Positions 32,964 through 38,573 of a stretch of 40,000 nt of DNA are shown here, piece after piece. A model generated the notes under the pieces. That model saw only the letters and a list, made by a program, of their open reading frames with translations. It was not told the origin of the DNA and did not search any database. Location of the stretch: assembly GCF_002874775.1 (NCBI RefSeq), contig NZ_CP020991.1:2106451-2146450 (forward strand), in the 5' to 3' direction. The translations under genes and the position numbers were made by a program. This stretch comes from Monoglobus pectinilyticus. GTDB lineage: Bacteria > Bacillota > Clostridia > Monoglobales > Monoglobaceae. Each line of letters starts with the position of its first letter. Position 1 is the first letter of the stretch.

Positions 32964-33065
32964 TTACTTTTTCTTTTCGAGGTAGTCAATAATCTTTATC
33001 ATGCTATAAATTCCAGCGAGGATTGAAGCTAAGATTTTGGCTACCTTCTCAATTATATCCCACAA
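32964..33065 (-). CDS. 33-aa hydrophobic/amphipathic peptide with Lys-rich C-terminus (candidate type I toxin)
   Basis: TTG 33065 lies 7 nt after AGGAGG (33078-33073). MWDIIEKVAKILASILAGIYSMIKIIDYLEKKK, stop TAA 32966-32964. Sits between promoter P2 and the hairpin at 32920-32952. Confidence 0.55.
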   Translation of the reverse strand: MWDIIEKVAKILASILAGIYSMIKIIDYLEKKK

Positions 33066-33096
33066 TTTTTTACCTCCTTTCTTTTGGTATGTCTAT

Positions 33097-33125
33097 ATTA
33101 TAGCACGCAATGCGTGTAATGTCAA
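33097..33125 (-). promoter_or_regulatory. Consensus sigma-A promoter P2 with a palindromic operator in the spacer
   Basis: TTGACA (33125-33120), 17 nt, TATAAT (33102-33097). The spacer holds the palindrome CACGC-AAT-GCGTG (33104-33116). Confidence 0.7.
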
Positions 33126-33160
33126 TGTTTTATTTTGAAAATACTGCACAAAAATATCGC

Positions 33161-33248
33161 ATTTATTTTATGTAAATTGAACAAAATAAATGTGAGACAT
33201 GATATACATGTCTCACTAACTAATTATTTTTTTAATATACATATTATT
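33161..33248. repeat. Direct-repeat copy A (terminator hairpin plus conserved flank)
   Basis: Aligns with 37276-37359: shared atttattttat, gagaca..tgtctc hairpin, aactaattatttttt(t)aa(t/c)atacatattatt. Confidence 0.7.
33181..33216 (-). terminator. Rho-independent terminator of the 309-aa gene
   Basis: GTGAGACATG (33192-33201) pairs with CATGTCTCAC (33207-33216). On the minus strand it is followed by ATTTATTTTGT. Confidence 0.7.
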
Positions 33249-34173
33249 GGCTATAATCATATATTTTTTGTAATGCTTTGCGGTTTTCTTCAAAATAATT
33301 TTCCGTAATTGTATCCTTTCCATTTATGAATAATATATTGTTATTTATAAATTCATGTAATATATTACTATTTATAAATCTATGTCCAAAAACATCGCTG
33401 TCAAGGTGTTTTAATACTATATCACCTATTGTTTTATCCGAATGGTATTTTGCATAACTTTCGCAAAATATTTCAAGACTTGAAATTGATTGCACATTAT
33501 CCGGACTATTAAAATCGCATAATTGAAATATAAATATCTTTTGGTCAAGTCTTATTTTCGGATTATATTTTTTATCTAGTGTTTTATATGGAATAGATAA
33601 TTTTTTTAGAATTATTTTTACAAAATTATCTAATGAGTTTTCGTAGGATTTGTCTATATAATCCCAATATTTTAATTCCGTTTCTATTTTTGGAATTAAT
33701 TCTTTTTCTATAATATTTTGGTCTACCATAAATATTATAGATTCTGATTTACATGGTTCTTCAAAATCCCATTCAAAATTGTCAAAATCTTCTAAATATT
33801 TATTAATCTGTAGAAAAAACTCATTATCCACAGGCTTATTGTCAATTGTGCAATTAGCGCCAGCTGAACAATTGCTTCCGAATGTACAGTTTTTATTAAA
33901 TGTGTTATTATTGCCAAAGGTACAATGGCAACCGAATATTGAGCCACTACCAAAGTTATTATCTGAGCAAAAAAAACAATAATTTTTGAATTTATAACCC
34001 GAAAAGTCATTACCGTCCCCGAAAGCACAGCCGTCTTCAAAAACATATATAGCGTCTTGGGGTAGAATCTCTTTTTTAAACTTGATACTGCTGTAATCAC
34101 CCTTGGGACATTCAATAATACCATATTCGTTTTTTTCTAATTTTTTAATATCTTCTATTGTATATTTTTTCAT
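33244..34173 (-). CDS. Hypothetical protein: N-terminal Cys/Asn-rich hexapeptide (left-handed beta-helix-like) repeats plus unknown C-terminal domain
   Basis: Six-residue periodicity in CTFGNN NTFNKN CTFGSN CSAGAN CTIDNK. No signal peptide. Has its own promoter, SD (AGGAA, 7-nt spacing) and terminator. Confidence 0.65.
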   Translation of the reverse strand: MKKYTIEDIKKLEKNEYGIIECPKGDYSSIKFKKEILPQDAIYVFEDGCAFGDGNDFSGYKFKNYCFFCSDNNFGSGSIFGCHCTFGNNNTFNKNCTFGSNCSAGANCTIDNKPVDNEFFLQINKYLEDFDNFEWDFEEPCKSESIIFMVDQNIIEKELIPKIETELKYWDYIDKSYENSLDNFVKIILKKLSIPYKTLDKKYNPKIRLDQKIFIFQLCDFNSPDNVQSISSLEIFCESYAKYHSDKTIGDIVLKHLDSDVFGHRFINSNILHEFINNNILFINGKDTITENYFEENRKALQKIYDYSQ

Positions 34174-34209
34174 TTAAAGTTTCCTTTCAATAAAATTAAT
34201 TATGTTATT

Positions 34210-34238
34210 ATTATACAATATTACATTAGTTATGTCGA
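34210..34238 (-). promoter_or_regulatory. Sigma-A promoter of the 309-aa gene
   Basis: TCGACA (34238-34233), 17 nt, TATAAT (34215-34210), preceded by TG. Confidence 0.6.
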
Positions 34239-34257
34239 TAGTTTTTTAAAATATTAT

Positions 34258-34284
34258 AAAAAAGGGGTAGCATAAAACTACCCC
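34258..34284 (-). terminator. Rho-independent terminator of the LRR operon
   Basis: On the minus strand: GGGGTAG-ttttatg-CTACCCC followed by T6 (plus-strand A-run 34258-34263). Confidence 0.85.
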
Positions 34285-34299
34285 TATACTATATTGAAA

Positions 34300-35403
34300 T
34301 TAATCAAAACAATTAAAACAATCATAACAATAATATGGTAATTTGTCAGTGTTGATTTTAATGTTGTCGGGAACGGATACATTTTTAAGATTTTTACAAC
34401 CAGCGAAAACACGATTTTTAATCTCTGTTTCGCTATTATAAATCTTTAATGTTTTTAATCCGGTGCAATCCGCAAAAGCGGCGAATCCAATTGTGATAAC
34501 GCTATCAGGAATTATTATGCTTTCTAATCTTTTACAAAACCAAAAAGCATATTCTCCAATTTCGGTAATATTATTAGGAATTATTATTGTTTGTAAATTA
34601 TAACAATTTTTAAAAGCATAATCCCCAATCCGTTCCGTTTCGTTTGACATGGTTACACTAGTCAGACTAGTACAATCACTAAAAGCGGAAGATTCTATTG
34701 AGATTACACTATGTGGAATAACTATACTAGTCAGACTAATACAGCCACTAAATGTACAGTGTTCTATCACTGTTACGTTGGGAATTTTTATACTTTTGAG
34801 ATTTGTACAATCTTGAAAAGCATAATCCCCAATCCATGTTACTTTTTTTGGTATGTTTATCGTTTCTAGACTTTCACAATTTTCAAAAGCACCACGCCCT
34901 ATGTATTCTATACAATCAGGTATAGTTATGTTTTTTAAGCTTGTACATTCTCGAAATGTACCGCCTGATATATAATTAAGACTATCAGGGAGTATTACAT
35001 TAACAAGATTCTCACAACCTCTAAACGCTTCACCGCCTATCAAGGCTAATCCCTCAGGCAACGTAATTTTCTTTAGATTTTCGCAATCTTTGAAAGAACG
35101 ATACCCAATTGTGATTATACTATCAGGAAGTACTATGCTTTCTAGACTTTCACAAAATTGAAAAGCATAATCTCCAATTTCTTCTAAGTTTTCTGAAAGT
35201 TTAATGCTTTTTAAATTATAACAAGTTTCAAATGCACAATCTCCTATTTTGATAACGCTATCAGGAATTGTTATGCTTTCTAAACTTGTGCGAACCCAAA
35301 AAGCATGATTCTTAATTTCGGTAACATTATCTGGAATATCAAATGTTCCATTTATTATATCCTCATCGTCTACTTCAATTAAAATATTGTTTTCTATTTT
35401 CAT
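34300..35403 (-). CDS. BspA-type leucine-rich-repeat (LRR_5-like) protein, 367 aa, no signal peptide
   Basis: About 13 repeats of the pattern [IV]xIPxx[IV]xxIGxxAFxxCxxLxx[IV], e.g. ITIPDSVIKIGDCAFETCYNLKSIKL. Acidic N-terminus MKIENNILIEVDDEDIINGT. Cys-rich tail PYYCYDCFNCFD. Confidence 0.8.
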   Translation of the reverse strand: MKIENNILIEVDDEDIINGTFDIPDNVTEIKNHAFWVRTSLESITIPDSVIKIGDCAFETCYNLKSIKLSENLEEIGDYAFQFCESLESIVLPDSIITIGYRSFKDCENLKKITLPEGLALIGGEAFRGCENLVNVILPDSLNYISGGTFRECTSLKNITIPDCIEYIGRGAFENCESLETINIPKKVTWIGDYAFQDCTNLKSIKIPNVTVIEHCTFSGCISLTSIVIPHSVISIESSAFSDCTSLTSVTMSNETERIGDYAFKNCYNLQTIIIPNNITEIGEYAFWFCKRLESIIIPDSVITIGFAAFADCTGLKTLKIYNSETEIKNRVFAGCKNLKNVSVPDNIKINTDKLPYYCYDCFNCFD

Positions 35404-35428
35404 TATAAATCCTCCTTTTAATTTTTAT

Positions 35429-36214
35429 TTACATCTTCAAAGCTTCGTTCCATGAAATACGTCTTACCAATTTAATAGTATTAGTGACATATATATCATC
35501 AATTAACTCCTTTTCAATAATATCACCCGGTTCAACCTCAAATAAAGCAATATTACTTAAATTGCCATGCCAATAATTAAATACATCGTATAGATTTTTA
35601 ACATAATGATATCCTCTTCTAAAACATTTTATATTATCAATAATAGGCATTTGTCTGCCTATGTCGTACTCCGTATCACGATATGAATAAGTTATTTTAT
35701 TTTCATCGCATATAATATCACATGCTTTGAAATTTCCTTTTTTTATTAGGTTTTCACAATGAACAAATGCGCTGTCACCTATGCGTTTTATGCTATCTGG
35801 GATATTTATTGAACTTAAATTTTCACAATTAGAAAACGCACATGCTCCAATTTCTGTAACACCGTTAGGAATAATTAGTGATTGCAAATTTGTGCAACCG
35901 TCGAACGTTAAATCACCGATTCGTTTCACACTATTAGGAATATTTATATATTCTAAATCTGTGCAATGTCGGAATGTCCAGTTATCTATATATGTGATCC
36001 CATCAGGTATGTGTACTGATTTTAAAAAGTTGCATTCTGCAAATGCGCCGCTCCAAATATATTTAACGTTATTAGGAATGTCAATAGATGTTAAATTTTT
36101 GCGACCTTCAAACGCATCACTGCCTATCTCTGTAACATTGTCAGGAATTATTACTGTTCCGTTTTCTATATCTTCATAAAAAACTTTTTTTAAAATATTG
36201 TTTTCTATTATCAT
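35429..36214 (-). CDS. BspA-type LRR (LRR_5-like) protein, 261 aa, with a distinct C-terminal domain (GYHY...EVEPG motif); no signal peptide
   Basis: The N-terminal ~150 aa are LRR_5-like repeats. The C-terminal part is FKACDIICDENKITYSYRDTEYD...CFRRGYHYVKNLYDVFNYWHGNLSNIALFEVEPGDII. Confidence 0.8.
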   Translation of the reverse strand: MIIENNILKKVFYEDIENGTVIIPDNVTEIGSDAFEGRKNLTSIDIPNNVKYIWSGAFAECNFLKSVHIPDGITYIDNWTFRHCTDLEYINIPNSVKRIGDLTFDGCTNLQSLIIPNGVTEIGACAFSNCENLSSINIPDSIKRIGDSAFVHCENLIKKGNFKACDIICDENKITYSYRDTEYDIGRQMPIIDNIKCFRRGYHYVKNLYDVFNYWHGNLSNIALFEVEPGDIIEKELIDDIYVTNTIKLVRRISWNEALKM

Positions 36215-36232
36215 GTTTTTGCTCCTTTAAAT

Positions 36233-36670
36233 TTATTTTTTATTTTTTTCTAAAAGTGATAATAAATCCGATATAATATCACCATAGTTTTTCCCGGTTC
36301 TTGCTTTTATATCGTCCAACTTGGACGATGTGGATTTACTTAAACGTATGGATTTTATTATTTCTGATTCATCGTTCTCCCCAAAAATTGATTCATATTC
36401 CTCAGCTGTCAATTTTTGAGAAGCAAAGGTTTTAGCGTTTTCGTAACTTATCGGAAGTATAGTTTCTCCGCCAGTCCACTCATTAGACATAACACATACT
36501 GCATATTTCGTGTTAGCGCCTCCGTAGCAATGCAGAAAAAACTCACCTGTTCTCTTCCGATAAAGAGTTTCAGATATATGGTTTATATTTCCAGGTTCTA
36601 GATACCAATAGGTACCTATTTTTTTGGCTTTTTCTGTATCATATTTTTTAGAATTAATTATTTTTTTCAT
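36233..36670 (-). CDS. 145-aa protein: unknown N-terminal domain plus C-terminal ribbon-helix-helix
   Basis: SD AGGAGG. KKYDTEKAKKIG...ETLYRKRTGEFFLHCYGGANTKYA...WTGGETILPISYENAKTFA belongs to a small-protein type I recall from Firmicute mobile elements. The tail IKSIRLSKSTSSKLDDIKARTGKNYGDIISDLLSLL is RHH-like. Confidence 0.7.
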   Translation of the reverse strand: MKKIINSKKYDTEKAKKIGTYWYLEPGNINHISETLYRKRTGEFFLHCYGGANTKYAVCVMSNEWTGGETILPISYENAKTFASQKLTAEEYESIFGENDESEIIKSIRLSKSTSSKLDDIKARTGKNYGDIISDLLSLLEKNKK

Positions 36671-36690
36671 TTTTTAACCTCCTAGCGTAA

Positions 36691-36709
36691 GGGTGGCTAT
36701 AAGCCACCC
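36691..36709 (-). other. GC-rich intercistronic hairpin between the 72-aa and 145-aa genes
   Basis: GGGTGGCT (36691-36698) pairs with AGCCACCC (36702-36709) around a 3-nt loop. No T-run follows on the minus strand. Confidence 0.6.
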
Positions 36710-36715
36710 GTTAAT

Positions 36716-36934
36716 TTAAATAGAATAAACATTAGTTGGAGCTTCCCAATCACAAGCCCAACCTTCATCATCTCCGTCTTCTGGGCTATAATTATCTAAT
36801 ATGTTCCAGACAACAATATATTTGTTTCCATTTTCATCAATAGCAGCAGCTTCATAATATTTGTTTTCATTAGTTCCTGCTATATATGCTTCTTGCGTTA
36901 GTGTGTATTCCTTGTTTTTAAAAATTACTTTCAT
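36716..36934 (-). CDS. 72-aa acidic hypothetical protein (first gene of the LRR operon)
   Basis: SD AGGAGA. MKVIFKNKEYTLTQEAYIAGTNENKYYEAAAIDENGNKYIVVWNILDNYSPEDGDDEGWACDWEAPTNVYSI. Confidence 0.65.
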   Translation of the reverse strand: MKVIFKNKEYTLTQEAYIAGTNENKYYEAAAIDENGNKYIVVWNILDNYSPEDGDDEGWACDWEAPTNVYSI

Positions 36935-36968
36935 TTTTATTTCTCCTTTATATTTTTATTCTGTTCTC

Positions 36969-37043
36969 TCTTGTTTACAAATACATTATACTATATAGTT
37001 GTAAACAAGTCAATACTTTTATTTGAAAATACTGCACAAAAAA
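36969..37043 (-). promoter_or_regulatory. Consensus sigma-A promoter P3 with an 11-bp inverted repeat bracketing the -10, plus the upstream block shared with P1/P2
   Basis: TTGACT (37013-37008), 17 nt, TATAAT (36990-36985). The inverted repeat CTTGTTTACAA (36969-36979) / TTGTAAACAAG (36999-37009) brackets the -10. Upstream block ttttatttgaaaatactgcacaaaaa (37017-37043) matches P1/P2. Confidence 0.7.
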
Positions 37044-37102
37044 CAAACATGTATTTTGTATATTTTTAACAAATGTTTGTTATAAACTATTATAAAGCGA
37101 AA

Positions 37103-37140
37103 ATGGAGCCAAAGTTAAATGGCTCCATATTTTTTATTTT
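37103..37140. terminator. Bidirectional terminator-like hairpin upstream of P3
   Basis: ATGGAGCC (37103-37110) pairs with GGCTCCAT (37121-37128). T-runs flank it on both strands. Confidence 0.6.
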
Positions 37141-37275
37141 GTGTTATTATATATTAATATAATGAAAGTCTTTTTTAATATTCATATTATTTTCCCCCCA
37201 AAAATTAATAATTAAGATATATAAAATATAGCATATTAATCTAATTATGTCTACCCGATTTTAAAGAGTAAATAA

Positions 37276-37359
37276 ATTTATTTTATATTCTAAACATAAA
37301 AAAGAGACACGCATTATACGTGTCTCAGGAACTAATTATTTTTTAACATACATATTATT
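37276..37359. repeat. Direct-repeat copy B (terminator hairpin plus conserved flank)
   Basis: Aligns with 33161-33248. The stem differs by compensatory changes: gagacaCG..CGtgtctc here against gagacaTG..CAtgtctc in copy A. Confidence 0.7.
37297..37326 (-). terminator. Rho-independent terminator downstream of tRNA-Lys (ends the tRNA operon)
   Basis: On the minus strand: GAGACACG-tataatg-CGTGTCTC followed by T6. Confidence 0.8.
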
Positions 37360-37412
37360 TGACAAAATAATCTAGTATCAATAAAAAATAATTGTTCGAA
37401 TGTTAATTGATT

Positions 37413-37488
37413 TGGTGACCCATCGGAGATTCGAACTCCGGACACCTTGATTAAAAGTCAAGTGCTCTGCCAACTGAGCTAATGAGTC
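37413..37488 (-). tRNA. tRNA-Lys (anticodon UUU), CCA encoded
   Basis: Reverse complement GACTCATTAGCTCAGTTGGCAGAGCACTTGACTTTTAATCAAGGTGTCCGGAGTTCGAATCTCCGATGGGTCACCA folds as a cloverleaf. Anticodon loop CTTTTAA. Confidence 0.93.
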
Positions 37489-37504
37489 ATATTTAGTTTT
37501 TTAA

Positions 37505-37579
37505 TGGCTGGGCCGGCAGGATTCGAACCTACGAATGCAGCAGTCAAAGTGCTGTGTCTTACCGCTTGACGACGGCCCA
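37505..37579 (-). tRNA. tRNA-Gln (anticodon UUG), CCA encoded
   Basis: Reverse complement TGGGCCGTCGTCAAGCGGTAAGACACAGCACTTTGACTGCTG...GGTTCGAATCCTGCCGGCCCAGCCA. Anticodon loop CTTTGAC. Confidence 0.92.
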
Positions 37580-37584
37580 GTATT

Positions 37585-37662
37585 TGGGGTGGGTAAAGGG
37601 AATTGAACCCTTGACCTCTAGAGCCACAATCTAGCGCTCTAGCCAACTGAGCTATACCCACC
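37585..37662 (-). tRNA. tRNA-His (anticodon GUG) with G-1, CCA encoded
   Basis: Reverse complement GGTGGGTATAGCTCAGTTGGCTAGAGCGCTAGATTGTGGCTCTAGAGGTCAAGGGTTCAATTCCCTTTACCCACCCCA. The extra 5' G pairs with C73. Confidence 0.92.
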
Positions 37663-37679
37663 ATATTTAAATAAAAAGC

Positions 37680-37756
<77 letters not shown>

Positions 37757-37765
37757 ATAAAATTG

Positions 37766-37797
37766 TTATAACCGCTTGATTGTGGAAGCGGTTATAA
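37766..37797 (-). other. 12-bp perfect hairpin in the spacer between tRNA-Gly and tRNA-Arg
   Basis: TTATAACCGCTT (37766-37777) pairs with AAGCGGTTATAA (37786-37797) around an 8-nt loop. Confidence 0.6.
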
Positions 37798-37800
37798 AGG

Positions 37801-37874
37801 TGGAGCGGGTGATGGGAATCGAACCCACGCAATCAGCTTGGAAGGCTGAGATTCTACCATTGAACTACACCCGC
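37801..37874 (-). tRNA. tRNA-Gly (anticodon UCC), CCA encoded
   Basis: Reverse complement GCGGGTGTAGTTCAATGGTAGAATCTCAGCCTTCCAAGCTGATTGCGTGGGTTCGATTCCCATCACCCGCTCCA. Anticodon loop CTTCCAA. Confidence 0.92.
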
Positions 37875-37896
37875 GTTCAATTTTTGCGACTTTGAT

Positions 37897-37925
37897 ATTA
37901 TATCAACTATATAATAATTTGTCAA
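37897..37925 (-). promoter_or_regulatory. Consensus sigma-A promoter of the tRNA operon
   Basis: TTGACA (37925-37920), 17 nt, TATAAT (37902-37897), about 23 nt upstream of the tRNA-Gly 5' end. Confidence 0.75.
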
Positions 37926-38476
37926 GAAAAATTTTCAAAAAATTTTATTTTTTTTATAAATTAACATTATAAACAATTTGGGTGTAGAAAATAAAATGTT
38001 GTTTGTGCAATTACTATAACTTTTGACGACTTTTTTATGGGTTTCTTTAAAGAATTTTGATTACAGTTTGTAATTGTAATACAGTTTCTTATATTTTCTG
38101 TTTAATACATTCTGATAAAATTCGAATTTAACCTACTATTGAAATCTCATTTTAGTCTAGTCGGATTTTAAACTTTTAATACTTCATTATACTAAAAAAA
38201 TTGAAATAATTAAAACAGGCTTAAAATAAAAAAATGTATTAAAAGTTTTTCTTTTTGTTATAAAGCTTTAAAATAATAACAATATAATAATCAATAAAGC
38301 TCATAATATCAAACTTAATGTTTTTGTTATTGATTTGTTTTATAAATGATAACAATTAAAAATTTAGTCTCTCTTTAAAATACTTCAATAAAACAAATCA
38401 GCAAAATAAAAACAGTATAATCTCAGTAAATAGAAGCATAACGTATTTATAGTATGTGTTTTTGTGATGGGTTATA

Positions 38477-38505
38477 TTGACTTTGAGGCAATTCTGGTAT
38501 ATAAT
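38477..38505 (+). promoter_or_regulatory. Sigma-A promoter upstream of murJ
   Basis: TTGACT (38477-38482), 17 nt, TATAAT (38500-38505), 69 nt before the murJ ATG. Confidence 0.65.
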
Positions 38506-38573
38506 GTATGACGGTAGACTGATTTAGGTCTACTGTTTATATTTTAGTATTAATTTGAATTGGAGAATTTTAT

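Larger units (their letters stand above)
1..37400. mobile_element. Partial prophage (PBSX/Xkd-like myovirus-type temperate phage) including its right-end cargo island; left end outside window, right boundary approximate
   Basis: Uninterrupted same-strand late operon: terminase, portal, MuF, scaffold, capsid, sheath, tube, chaperone with frameshift, tape measure, baseplate, fibres, XhlA-holin-amidase. It is visibly more AT-rich than the murJ flank and abuts a tRNA cluster. No integrase, repressor or att core is identifiable in the window. Confidence 0.8.

Noticed and set aside
33779-34124. Overlapping ORFs (67 aa on +, 110 aa in an alternative minus frame) inside the 309-aa gene, and the 132-aa + ORF at 35781-36179 inside the LRR gene
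   Set aside because: These are frame or strand shadows of repeat-rich genes, with no SD. The annotated frames have clear repeat motifs and proper start signals.
26391-36214. Invertible (Mu G-segment/shufflon-like) switching of tail-fibre tips using the reverse-oriented LRR genes
   Set aside because: The LRR genes lie 6.5 kb away from the fibre gene beyond the lysis cassette. They have their own starts, SDs and promoter. No invertase gene and no crossover inverted repeats were seen.
37141-37200. 12-aa minus-strand mini-ORF MNIKKDFHYINI after GGGGGG, with similar MYIKK/MYVKK starts inside the direct repeats
   Set aside because: It is too short and is interrupted by stops in all three copies. 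It is more likely a remnant of a shared junction sequence than a gene.
37479-37664. 61-aa minus-strand ORF in the track
   Set aside because: It spans tRNA-Gln and tRNA-His and touches the 5' end of tRNA-Lys. The cloverleaf folds are unambiguous, so the ORF is spurious.
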